DNA from: Mytilus trossulus
Taxonomy: Eukaryota
Assembly: GCF_036588685.1 (NCBI RefSeq)
Contig: NW_026963297.1
Coordinates: 2,728,001-2,792,000, forward strand
Reading direction: 5' to 3'
DNA length: 64,000 bases
This document shows positions 52,771 to 64,000 of the stretch, piece after piece; within the stretch, counting starts at the first letter, position 1, and each line of letters opens with the position of its first letter. The position numbers and the translations under genes are program-made. The notes below the pieces were generated by a model. The model was not told the origin of the DNA, did not search any database, and saw only the letters and a program-made list of their open reading frames with translations.

Positions 52771-53403
52771 GTATGTTTTACATCTGTCCACTTTTAATAA
52801 AATCGGCGAGCGAGGCAATCCTCATTCACCATGTCATAAGGCAGTCCACTTTCACCATGTTTAACGGAATATCTGTATATTTTACATCTGTCCACTTTTA
52901 ATGAAGTCGGCGAGCGAGGCAATCCTCATTCACCATGTTGCATAAGGCAATCCACATTCACCATGTTTAACGGAAAATCTGTATGTGTTATGTCTGTAAC
53001 TACGGGGGTGTTTAACGACTATGAATATCCATGAGGGTCATTCACAGTAATGTTTCTTCTTCTTTGTTAATTGTCTTTGTAAGGCTATCGAGTGTCCATA
53101 TGATACATGTAGTACATGTCCGATTTCCACTAAAAATTTTATAGCAAAATTTACAGTCTATAATTGATGAACTAAATAAAATATTGTTTTCATTGTGATA
53201 TATTTCTACCAGAATTTCCAATAGTTGTTTGAAATAGAGAAATTGTATATTTCGAACGAAAAATTAATTTCGGCGAGCGAGGCAATCCTCATTCACCGAA
53301 ACGAGAAATTAGAAATGGAAGAATTTAAATACCTTAAAATGAAGAAAAAATATCTTCAGTTAATCCTAAATTCCAAATTTTATTATTAAAATTAAATGAA
53401 TAT

Positions 53404-54135
53404 TCAGTAACATTTTTTAAGAACAAGTTGCTGGAGTTTTCGTAGCCAAACTTCCGCCAAAAGGTTTATAGGGTGAATGCCATCTTTATACAAGTCTTTA
53501 AAATTATATGAGTATTTCGTCCTCATAGAGGACCGGTCGCGACCGCGCCTTACTTTGCTGGACTTTAATATGTCAAGAGAAAATTTTGGTCCTGTATCGG
53601 CCGCATTTAAAGAAATTAGTTCTTCGTTTAACTGATCAATTTTTTCAGCTAATACATTATCATCTCCATTTGAGCTAGATTCTGTGTGAACTTGTTTGTC
53701 ATTCCACAATTTAATTGAAAAATGTGGACAGTGTAAAAATATTATTTCAGTTGTCGGATTAACCTCCAAAATTTCCTTCTTGACATCAACCAAATCGGCC
53801 AAAACGTTTGCCACAGATATTTCATTTAAAGAAATATTTCTATCACCCGGCGAGAAATTGGTGAAGTCACAGGTTCCTGTCCAAACCATTAAAAGCGGCG
53901 AATCACACCCTCTAACAGAATCCTTTGCTCTTCTAAGAAGTGATTTGTTACTGCTTTTTGCCCCCTTTTTAAACAATATCTCAATTATATCTTCGTCACG
54001 ATTAACAACATCTTGAAGGTATTTCCCCTTACTGTCCGTCATCAGAATAGCTTTTCTGCGAGGATTATTCCTGTTAGCCAAATTAAATTCGGTTTCAAAA
54101 CGGTCAAGTTGTTTTCTTAAATTTGAATACGACAT
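53404..54135 (-). CDS. SGNH/GDSL hydrolase-fold protein (243 aa) inside the Academ element
   Basis: Intronless intact ORF. Block I ILMTDS, block II KKGA, block III VWTGTCD, block V DGIHP, in SGNH order and spacing. Confidence 0.75.
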   Translation of the reverse strand: MSYSNLRKQLDRFETEFNLANRNNPRRKAILMTDSKGKYLQDVVNRDEDIIEILFKKGAKSSNKSLLRRAKDSVRGCDSPLLMVWTGTCDFTNFSPGDRNISLNEISVANVLADLVDVKKEILEVNPTTEIIFLHCPHFSIKLWNDKQVHTESSSNGDDNVLAEKIDQLNEELISLNAADTGPKFSLDILKSSKVRRGRDRSSMRTKYSYNFKDLYKDGIHPINLLAEVWLRKLQQLVLKKCY

Positions 54136-54165
54136 TTTGTCAAATTACAAATGTAAAAAGAAAGC

Positions 54166-54187
54166 CACGTGGTATTTTCCCGCCAAA
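54166..54187 (-). promoter_or_regulatory. Candidate E-box plus E2F site upstream of the SGNH-like ORF
   Basis: CACGTG at 54166-54171 and TTTTCCCGCCAAA at 54175-54187, 30-50 bp before the ATG at 54135. Motif match only. Confidence 0.35.
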
Positions 54188-54837
54188 TAAAATCTAAGAC
54201 ATAAGTCAAGTAATCAATACGTTTTACTGCTGTAGATACAAAAATCATATATGTATAAGGCTGCTTTATTTCCGTTAATGTCATGTCGTGAGGCAGTTAA
54301 TCGTGATAACGGTATAATATACTATTTAAACGAATTGTGAGCAGACTCCCCCCCCCCCCCCCCCCCTAAAAAAAAATCTTATTGCATTTATTACAAATCG
54401 GTTTCTTGGGAAGAATTTATCGGTTATTTATAATTTGCATTTATTCTATACATAAAGGTGTCTACTCTTAATCAAGTGATTGTACACGTACTCTTTGAAA
54501 TCCGGGGATGTATATCAATACATCGGATCCCGTGCCTTGTCCACTTTGATTCTTTTTATTACATTTGTCATGATCATTTCGGGACCTTTTAAAACGGACT
54601 ATGCGGTTTGGGTTTTACTTATTGTTGAAGGTTAACCGATATTTGCTTACATACTATTTATTTGCACTTTGATGGATAGTTGTCTCGTTGGCAAACACAC
54701 CCCAGTTTTTTTTTTAATTAGTGAAATAAATATCGACAATTTAGAGTTTTTGTTCCAAACAATTCATACATTAATTTTTGGTTTAAATAATGTTATGCAT
54801 TCTTCCATTTCTAAACCTATGATATTTTTGTATGTAC

Positions 54838-57800
54838 TCAAGCGTCAACTATAATCCTCATGATCCTCCTGCGTTTGTCCAATCTTTTTGAGAGCTGTTT
54901 CATTTTTCCTTGAAACTTTCCAGGAAATTTTGGATTTTCGTTGTGAATATACTCTGGAAAAGCTCTATGATGACGACCAGGAGTCTGTGAAAACAAAGAC
55001 TCACCACCAAGAAATGTAATCATTCTGCTGACGTTTAAGTCCCGGTCTGCATTTCGCCGCCTATGTCTATAAAGCTCGTTTTCAATTACTTTGGAATCAA
55101 ATACAGAGTCCAATGCCTCACCAAGTGGTCCTACAATCTGACTACATCTTTGTATTGTATTATTGGTGTACCTACCCTTTGCGGAATCTAGTAAATCCTT
55201 AAATAATCTGTTTAAAATTTCGTTCATGAAATCCATTGGTAAATTTCGACCAATTCCACCCCCGTAGTTAACTGTTCTGTTGTAAATTAAATCGTGCTTC
55301 AATTTATCTGGAAGCCAACCATTTATCGAAACTAACAGTCTATGTGCTAATATGACATATTTTGGATGTTTTGTCGAAAAGAAGTGTACGAGGTCTAACT
55401 TCCAGTGCGACATCATGGCCTCACCGTCCGCCTCACGAACTGCATCTCGTCGGCAGAGCAGATTCAGTCCTGTCCATGTTATAGCCCTACTGTAATTGTA
55501 TTTGAAATCGTCGGACTTGTTTACAGTTGATCTTGACTTAGATTTCTTTCGGCTCTTAGACTTTTTTGACGATTTGCATGCAGATCTACAGTACCAATTG
55601 CCTTCTGGAACGTTTGTCATGTCCAAGCATTTAGTGTGGTACCATTCGTCTGCCGTGCACTTGGAACCAGCACTACACCCAATCATTGGCTCATCATTAC
55701 CGAGATCTTGATGACAGGTGCAGTAAGGGTAGGAGTCTTTCTCGTTTCTGCATGTGTCGCTGCAGAACCAATTATTAGGGAGATTTTCAGTATCCAGTCC
55801 AGCACATGAATAGTGAAAGACTTCACCCTTAGTACAATTCCTACCAGCCCCACACAGTATGACTTCCTCTTCGATGTCTTCTCCACAACAGAATTTCTCC
55901 GGCTCTGTCTGGTCATCCGTTTTCAAAGATTCTGTTTCCAAATGGTGCCAAACATTTTGAACAACAGAGCTAACAACAGACTGTAAATACTCTTGTCTGT
56001 CGTCAACAGACGAGTTTTCTATGGATTCAGGGGCTGTTGATGGTCTATCGCCCTTTTCTGCCATTTCCATAAGTTCCATAGTTAATAAGCAGACATATCC
56101 TTCTGTTACCAAACACATTAACTGCCATGCGTGGTTAAAATTGTCCGATATGTCTGATTTAACTTGACGAAAGTTGAAAATGTTTTTCAGATGATTAAGT
56201 GTTCCTCTGTCTGCAGCACTGGAACCCTTAAAGAACTCATCGAAGTAGTCCTGTAATAAAATCATCTCTTTGTGAAACTCTTGTACTGCAGGCTCGCAGC
56301 CTTCCAATCTTTCCCATGGATTCAAACCATTTACACGTGCCCTGTGTGCATCATTTCCTCGTTCACAACTGAGTCCATCGCCATATACTATCGCAGTGTA
56401 AGGTTTGTCCTGTATAGATGGTATATACCTTTGCAAATTTTCATAAATAGTAATGGCCCCTTGAGTAGAGGAAGGATCGACATCAAAAACTCCAAGGTTA
56501 ATTAGAACACTTCTCTTTGATGAATCCAGTGAATATTCATGAAGCATATGAGAAGTGACACAGTCGGAGAAGTTGGCATTAAACCATGGTAAGTATCGGG
56601 TTATAATGCGAGCGACCATAACTTTCATTCTGTTTGATAGAAGTTCAAAATCATTCTCATTTGGAACAAAAATGTTTGATGGTAGTTCAGCTGCCTTCTT
56701 CAACTCTTCATCGAACTTCCAGTTCAAATGAGTGGTTTGAAGACGGTTGATGGCTATGTATCCTAGAGCCATATTCAGATACGTATTTTTTGAGGTTTCA
56801 GATGGATGTCTACTGGTAACCTTTTTTCCAACATTATCCCAACACATGGAGAAGCCGGGATGTAGATCAATTTGTTCTTTCTCTTCGTCAGATTCATGTG
56901 AAATTACCGACTGTTCATCGCCGTCCGAAATATCATCTGCATCATCTGACGATAAATGTATACCATCACTATTCGAATGGTCACTAAGGGAGTCATCTAG
57001 AACATCATCGTCATCTGTGTCTTCCATTCCATACGGAATTGTATCGTCCATGTTCATTATTATTGTATCCTGGCTGCTAGCTGATAAACTGTTGACTTCG
57101 TCCTCTATGTTAGGAACAACAGCAGCTATAGCTACAGACAAGTCTGCATCTTCATTTGTCACATTGATTCGTCTAACATTTTGTTGTTGATGTTGTTCCT
57201 CAATTATTATTTTACATGTTGTTGCAGCAGAATCAAAGCCTTGCCTGATTTTGTTCAAGATAGATAAGGTGGTATCATACCCTTTACATATTCCGGTATG
57301 TGCAATTTGTTTCATGACATTGCGTTTTAAGCCACCTCTCCAAAACTGTACTGAAAACAGAGACGGAAGAAAGCTAGCAGTCTTAGGAGCTCTAGCGTTG
57401 AGAATGCAGGCAATAGATGTTCCAATCTGTGGTCCTAAGTTTACAGATTTTCCTCTGATTAGACTGTTTTCATTTGCCCGTTTGGTAACTGCCCCTCTTA
57501 GGACATTAGACAGCAATGGACATGCCTGTTCAAAGTCATTTAGAGTCTTTGTCCACGAAAATTGTTCCAGATTAACTATGTTGACATCTTGGAACAAGGG
57601 GAATAGTTTTTGTCCTAGCAATGTCAATACTTCTCTTCGCACCAGGTTCACAACAACTTTGGTGAACGATTTTTTGCTGCCTTTTGTTGCGGTGTACATA
57701 CCTCTTATTGCCCTACCATATTGTCTAGCTTTTACTGCTGAGATAATAGATTCCCACTTGGTACTTTTTGAAGCTTTTTTGGAAAAAAGATTCTTTGCGA

Positions 57801-58975
57801 CTCCTTTTTTCTGTAATGAAACATTTTGAGCTAAGTATCAATATCTAATTATGAATTTTCGTTACAGCTAATTTCCTAATGCTTGTAGAGTAAAACTTTG
57901 GTTGGCTTGCTGTCTTTGTTTGTATAATTGTTTACTCAAATTTGTAATTAAGATTGATATCTCCAATTTTTTGGATTTTTTATGAAAGTTTGTTTCCAGT
58001 TTTTGGAGAAAAAATAATTTGTTTTCAACATGAGAAAAAAATGTTTGTTTCACCCTCAGCTGCCACTATATGTAATGCAAAAATTAAAAGAAAAAAATAG
58101 TTGTCAACTTGTCGCCAAAAAAATAGATTGTTTTTTCGCCAAAGTCGAAAAAAAGTTAGTCCAGAAAAAAAACCCTATAGCCCCCCCACCCCCCAAAAAT
58201 ATCAAATGTTGCTGCCTAACCTTCATACTAAGTCTTCATTCACATGCATTAGGAAATTAGCTGTAATTTGTTATTGCTTATCACCCCACCCCGAATCCGC
58301 ATGTGAAAACAATAGTGCAGCATGGTATTATTTGCAAGTCTATAGAAACAGGTCAATAAGAAGATCTTGAGCATTGAATTTAAACAGTGATAATTAAATA
58401 TAAAGTTGTACAGGTTTTCCATTTTTAATGAAGTGTTCCCCTTTCCACGAAATGTACCATTACGCACGCAAATGAACTAGCCGGGGCTGAATTGATTATA
58501 TATACTAGCAAAATATACACCCCCTCTCTATCTGTCATATAAAGAAAGGAATACTTTATGAAAAAAAAATCACTTGTCATTCATAAATACCACTATTTAC
58601 TTTTCTATATTAAGTGCATATTACCTGGCATGGTGTACTAGTAAATCGAGCTTTCTTGATAGGGGAAGTCTTTGTAATTCCAGTACTGTGTCTTTTTTTC
58701 TGACTAATATAAGAATCGGAAAATGTCCTTCCCCAAAATTCATTCAAGGAATTTTGGTATTTTGCAGTGTCATTAAGTCTGGTCCAACATTCTGGACACA
58801 CAAATTGTCCTAAACGTTTGCTGGAAACAGGGGTAAAAGTTGCACCCGTAACATCTGTTAGCAAATCTCTGGCACTCTGATCTCCAGTAAGGGAATTCTC
58901 TAGCGAAAATCTAAAGTAACCCTTATCTCCTTTTTTTTTGGAAAACGCTTTGTTACAGTTTGCACATGCAGCCAT
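54838..58975 (-). CDS. Academ transposase with two inserted PHD fingers, 2 exons, ~1107 aa
   Basis: Exon 1 58975-58625 (CxxC...CxxC zinc-finger-like N-terminus) joins in phase 0 to exon 2 57810-54838. Core motifs WDNV, GDGLS.ER, EFHKEM, AVREADG, HPKY, NRTVN..G..GRN..MD..NE..N. PHD motifs FHYSC...WFC and WYHTKC...WYC; acidic tract. Confidence 0.88.
57865..58263. mobile_element. Tc1/mariner-like MITE in the transposase intron, holding a MITE fragment
   Basis: TA-CAGCTAATTTCCTAATGC ... GCATTAGGAAATTAGCTG-TA. The interior shares sequence with the 167-461 element. Confidence 0.6.
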
Positions 58976-59034
58976 CGTGGTTTCAAGCAGACGTGAAAAG
59001 GGCGCCAAAATAATAATCCGACAAAAATAAAGAA

Positions 59035-61090
59035 ATGGACATCAAAAGTATCAACGCAAATTTTGAATCAGTTAAAGCCAGTTACAATATAGAATATGAA
59101 GCTAAAGTGGAGCAGCTTCAAGTTGTTTTGTCTGTGCTGAAAGGACGAAATGTATTAGCCTTACTTCCAACTGGATTTGGAAAAACTTTATGTGTAGCCA
59201 TACCAACCATGCTGTCAGAAGATAAAGATTGTATAACGATAGTCATATCTCCATTGACTTTGCTGATCGATGACCAAATATGCAGACTTAATAAACTGAA
59301 TGTACGCTGTGCTAAAATAACAGGAATAGGTGAAATGGAAAGACAGACAGTAACAGGTACATTGAACTTTATTTGGCAGAAATGGGGGGGGGGGGATATT
59401 ATAAATTATTATGTGTGAAAAGAATATAACTGCCGCCAATTTTCCTTTTCAAAAAAGGAATCCATTCTATACCTTTTTATTATCATATATTCACGATCAT
59501 TCACATATAAAGAAATCAACGCCATACGATCAAATTCCCGTCATGTAAATTCATTTTTCGATTTATTGTATTGATAATATTTATCTCATTCATCTTTGGT
59601 ATGTGCCCCTATTCTACTAAAACTTTTTTTTATGTCAATTATAATTTCATAATACTTATTAAAGTTAAACGACGGTGGGAGGGGGAACCACTGAAGCGTG
59701 ACTGAAGCAGCCACTTAGGTCAGTTAGCCTTAGGTCAGTCAGCCTTAGGTCAGTCAGCGGACCCCCTTTCCTTACAAAAAGTAATGGATCCGCCACTGCA
59801 CATATAAACAAGTATACACGGACTTTTATAGTTGACTATGCTGTATAGACTTGCTCATTGTTGAAGGTCGTATGGTGACCTGTAGTTGTCAATTTCTATG
59901 ACTCTATGGAGAGTTGTCTCATTGGCATTCATACCAGATCTTCTTTTTTTTGGCCAACAATTGTACGCGGTTGTAATTTATGGTCAATCACCTTCTTGAT
60001 TTAAATATTAATTTTTTCAGAAATAACCAATGGAAAGTATTCAATTGTCTTCTCATCGCCTGAATCAGTTTTAAAGCCTTATTGGAAAACTGTCTTCCTC
60101 TCAGCTACGTGGCAAACTCACTTGAAATTAATTGCAATCGATGAGGCGCATTGTATATCCGAATGGGGGGATGATTTCAGAAAAGATTACCAGCAGTTGT
60201 ACGAGCTAAGAAGCTTCTTTGGAGCTCCTTTGATGGCATTGACTGGGACTTCAACAAAAAAAGTTAAAAAGGACATAATGGAACACTTGCAACTACTAGA
60301 CGAAGACACTGATCTTGTATACAAGTCACCAGATAGGCCAAACCTATATCTACAAATCTTAAAAAAAGAAAGCACGGATTACGATTCTTGCTTAGACTGG
60401 TTAATAAACCATATTCGCACTAATGGCAAGAAATCGAAAAAAATTATTGTTTACTGCAGATCTATTGACGCAGTATCTGAAATATTTTGTTGTTTAAAAG
60501 ATAGTCTCGGTAAAATGGCTTATGTTGACGGAATTGTGGATGGTAATCAAGTACTTCTGGAGATGTATCACAAAAGCACACACCAGGATTCGAAAGACCG
60601 AATTATCAACGAATTCAAGACAAAAACTAGTCGTATCAGGTGCATTATTGCTACCGTGGCGCTAGGAATGGGTTTGGATATTTCAGACATAGACTTAGTT
60701 GTCCATATTGGCTGTCCAAAAACAGTTCTTTCCTATTGGCAAGAGGCGGGTCGTTGTGCTAGGGATGGTCGACAGGGATATAGTTTGATCTTGTATGACA
60801 ACTTTACTCTTGCCCTCAAGACAACAGACAAAGATATTGCTGATATTGTAAAAAATAAAGACGGGAAATGCATTCGAAAGCAAATTTTAGATGTATTTTC
60901 TGATGAAGACAGCAATCAAGAAATTGAAAAAGAATCTTGTGAAGGTTGTGAATTGGATTGGTGTCAATGCAGCATGTGCAAGTGTTGTACACTTTGTGCC
61001 TCTAAATGTCAGTGTCACACAAGATGTAGTTTTAGTGTACAGAAATTTTTAAATGAAATTCAGAATGTAAATACTACAAATACAGACTGA
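59035..61090 (+). CDS. RecQ-like superfamily 2 helicase of AcademH, 2 exons, ~463 aa
   Basis: Exons 59035-59356 and 60021-61090 (1392 nt). Motifs LPTGFGKT, VISPL, SPE, DEAHCISEWG.DFR, ALTGT, ATVALGMGLD, YWQEAGRCARDG, and a C-terminal Cys cluster. Confidence 0.92.
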
Positions 61091-61107
61091 AATATGGTAT
61101 GGTAGAC

Positions 61108-61438
61108 GGTGAATGAGGATTGCCTCGCTCGCCGGGTATAGGAGACGTATCTATAGTTGTACATTTCTGTGTCAATTTGATATCTTATGGAGAGTTGTCT
61201 CACTGGCAATCATACCACATATTCTTTTTAATATTTCTGATTCATGTATAAAACAAAAAATATTTGTGATCCATGTATAAAAACAAACAAAAAACAGACT
61301 GAAATGTAGTAGACGGTGAATGAGGATTGCCTCGCTCGCCGAGAATGGCAGTCTATTTCTGTTCCAATGAAAATTACAATGTACACACCACAGACTGAAA
61401 TCATAATAGACGGTGAATGAGGATTGCCTCGCTCGCCG
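61108..61438 (-). repeat. Academ right subterminal motifs (3 copies)
   Basis: GGTGAATGAGGATTGCCTCGCTCGCCG at 61108, 61315 and 61412 is the reverse complement of the left minisatellite core. Confidence 0.9.
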
Positions 61439-62776
61439 GGTATAGCAGTCTATTTCTGATACATTTACTAAATTGCAATGTATACTGTTACAATCTTATC
61501 CTGATCCATTTTCAGAAATGCAATGTAGACGATCATTTACAGAAGCTATCAAATTTTCAGATTTTCTGTTAAGGACATATTATATACATAAACTGTATAT
61601 GGTTATCTATATATAATTTTTATATCTATTTAAGAAAATATAGTATTGATAAAGATGCCGATTTTTTTAATTCATGATCATCACTTATTACTTCACTTTA
61701 GTACCATTTGGCACTGGTGCTCCAATAACGGAGGAATATAATTTGGAAAAAATTCGTTTTGTTCCCAATTTCGATTTTTATGTTGACCAGAGTTTTTGAA
61801 TTTCACCGGTGTCAACATCAATGACCTGGATAAACTTTTCTTTCTTTTGGATTATTTAAGGAGAAACAATCAATATAACTACCATAATTCAGGTAAGTAA
61901 TCACTTCTTAACATATTTAAAACATTTACGTGGCTGGTCAAATCAGAATTAAATTTTTTTTCATGCTACGCGTTTTTTGCCAATCGCGATATGACCTCGG
62001 GTGGCACATTGATAGTAAAAAGAAAATATCAGAACAGCAAATGTAAATAGTGAACAAAGCCTCCGAGGTCATATGTTAGCAAATGTAAATAGTGAACAAA
62101 GCCTCCGAGGTCATATGTTATAGGACTAAAGCTTGTGCTGTGACAAATATAGTAAGACACTGTCACCTTTTGTTATAAATAGTATTGTTACCCTCATGAC
62201 TAGAACATGTTACCTCTCTGATGATTTTGCTCACTGGCAAATGGTGGTCAAGGGAGCTAATTAGTTTACTTTTGGAAGGCAAAGTTGACCTTCACCTTTA
62301 CTTCTGAATGGCGTCATCACTGCTGATGACAGAACATTTAATCCAAAAATATTAAAGTTTTTGTCTTATTCAGAAATTGAGAAAATATTGCAAAGATGCT
62401 TTGTATAGTAAGTTGAAGACATACATGTAATATGTTGAATATCTCATAACTAAGCAAATCATTTTCCTGACACATCTGACATGATCAGATTCTGGGCATG
62501 GGAGCACATCGCCACATGATGACGGGCACATGCAGTTGTTTCTGTCATTGTAGGGTTAACTATCTCCACACCCATACAAAAATAGATGTGGATAGTAGAA
62601 TCCACATTGACAGAAACAAGTGCCTGTGCATGGGAGGTTGATGAAAAAACCTTAGGTCAGTATTCACCTTATTTAACTCCCTGCATGGTCAGCTTATTTA
62701 CTGTGAACAACCAGGTGTGAAATTCACATGATATTAAATTTAAATGAATAATAAACATGTTTCATATACCAGGGTG

Positions 62777-63572
62777 TAGTCCTATTCTTATTCAATTTTT
62801 AACGTTTTTATACTGTCTTACTGATATTTTCATTTTTTATTTTTTTTGGGGTGTAATTAAGCCATTTTAGTGTTCAAAGATTCAGATCCATTTAACAATT
62901 TACAAATTACATTAACAAATATAGGTTACTGTACAGCCTTCAACAATGAGCAAAGTCCATACTGCATAGTCAGCTATAAAAGTCCCTGATAAGACATTGT
63001 AAAACAATAGACCACTTTCGAGTTCATCCGTCACCGGCAAAAACTCGTCAATTATACACGCCTTTATGACGTCATTTACCAGATAGAGGGGCTCGCCTGT
63101 ATCCCTGCACTATTTACGTTCATCAAGCGTCTTAGTGATCGTCTTTGTGCAGGATAAACTAGAAATAATGGTTGCTCTGTAGGTACTTACTGACATTTCC
63201 CTAATGACAGCAGTGTTGATTGTCAATTTTGAGAATTCAATTTTCCGAATAATTCGTACAATATAGAATTATAGTTTTCCAACCACTCGCTCAACATTGG
63301 AAGGAAGTGACGACGCCCCTAAACGCTCAAATGACGATGATAAAGGCGCATATAATTGACGAGTTTTTTCCGGTGACGGATGAACTCGAAAGTGGTCTAA
63401 TTCAAGGGAAAACTATTGGCCTTATTTTTGTAAAAAAAATGAAAGAAAAACAAATTTATATGTAACACATAAACAAACGACAACCACTAAACATTGATAG
63501 TAAAAAAAATTTGATCAGAACAGTAAATAGAAATAGTAAATAATGCCCCCGAGCTCATATGTTATAGGACTA
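62777..63572. mobile_element. Non-autonomous AcademH element
   Basis: TAGTCCTAT ... ATAGGACTA termini related to the large Academ; perfect 9-bp TSD ACCAGGGTG (62768-76, 63573-81). Confidence 0.88.
63009..63398. mobile_element. MITE with ~65-bp TIRs and 3-bp AAT TSD (PHIS-like)
   Basis: AGACCACTTTCGAGTTCATCCGTCACCGG... / ...CCGGTGACGGATGAACTCGAAAGTGGTCT, with AAT at 63006-08 and 63399-401. Confidence 0.8.
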
Positions 63573-63697
63573 ACCAGGGTGGGACTTTTATACTTTCATT
63601 AAGTTCTATAAGCTAAGGGAGAACCCATTTAACTTCAAAAAGGGGGGTGTCTTGAGTCAGTTTTTTCTATAATTGTTTAAATAAACCAATTTTTCAA

Positions 63698-63724
63698 GAC
63701 GTTTCGGCCAATGGCCTTCTTCAG
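63698..63724 (-). ncRNA. Isolated minimal hammerhead core (probably inactive remnant)
   Basis: Minus strand CUGAAGA-A-GGCC-AUU-GGCC-GAAA-CG-UC; stem I pairing is poor. Confidence 0.45.
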
Positions 63725-64000
63725 TTCTTTATTTTTCCTCTCAACTACATGGCTGACATTACATTCAATCATTGATAAGATGTTATAGCTAAATGTCCTT
63801 GGAAACGTCATGACGTCATAATACTTTAACGTCACAATAACATGACGTCACAATACTTTAGCATGAATTAAAGTTAAATTTTATAAGTTTTGATCAATTA
63901 AAGTCATTCCTTTTTAACGTTAACTCCAAATGGTCTAATTGTATTAAGTTTTTGCATCCATTGTGCCTCAATATATCTCCTGTAATTTGCTGATTTATCA

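Larger units (their letters stand above)
46057..53297 (+). repeat. Academ left subterminal minisatellite (78-bp and 104-bp units), split by the BEL insertion
   Basis: TTTAACGG anchors at 46160, 46238, 46342, 46420, 46524, 46628, 46706 and 46810; the array resumes at 52771; a last core motif lies at 53271-53297. Confidence 0.9.
45623..62128 (-). mobile_element. AcademH(P) DNA transposon (~10.6 kb excluding the nested BEL element)
   Basis: Termini TAGTCCTATAATATATGACTTCG (45623) and CGAGGTCATATGTTATAGGACTA (ends 62128). Inverted subterminal motif CGGCGAGCGAGGCAATCCTCATTCACC at both ends. Encodes an Academ transposase with PHD fingers and a RecQ-like helicase. Flanks do not form a TSD. Confidence 0.85.

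Noticed and set aside
59035-61090. Host RecQ gene (BLM/WRN/RECQL)
   Set aside because: Helicase core plus Cys cluster only, head-to-head with an Academ transposase and inside Academ termini.
62130-62700. Missing 5' exons of the YqaJ gene beyond the Academ element
   Set aside because: In the frames I checked by eye there is no convincing open exon with the expected SWIM-like or other conserved motifs.

Overview
AT-rich animal genomic DNA with spliceosomal introns. The repeat families resemble those of bivalve molluscs, plausibly Mytilus; that is from recall and was not verified. The window is almost entirely a nested transposon landscape. (1) A ~1.42-kb tandem amplification at 0.5-7 kb. (2) A candidate terminal exon of a host gene at ~12.0-12.3 kb (- strand). 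(3) A 23.5-kb PIF/Harbinger element (14162-37629) whose spliced transposase (+) and convergent Myb/SANT-like partner (-) both rebuild as open frames. Its introns hold an 11-copy 573-bp array with a type I hammerhead ribozyme in every unit (retrozyme/Penelope-like, tail-to-tail in a TA microsatellite), a HINE-like element, a TTAA-flanked MITE and a 5'-truncated Naiad-type Penelope-like RT. (4) An ISL2EU-like element (THAP-DDE transposase plus YqaJ exonuclease), truncated on its right side. (5) A ~10.6-kb AcademH(P) transposon (45623-62128) with a PHD-containing transposase, a head-to-head RecQ-like helicase and an unexpected third, intronless SGNH-hydrolase-like gene. It is interrupted by a young intact BEL/Pao LTR retrotransposon with identical TG...TA LTRs. 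(6) A non-autonomous Academ with a 9-bp TSD. Exon models were assembled by eye from splice consensus and frame continuity. Family names rest on motif recognition, not on database searches.
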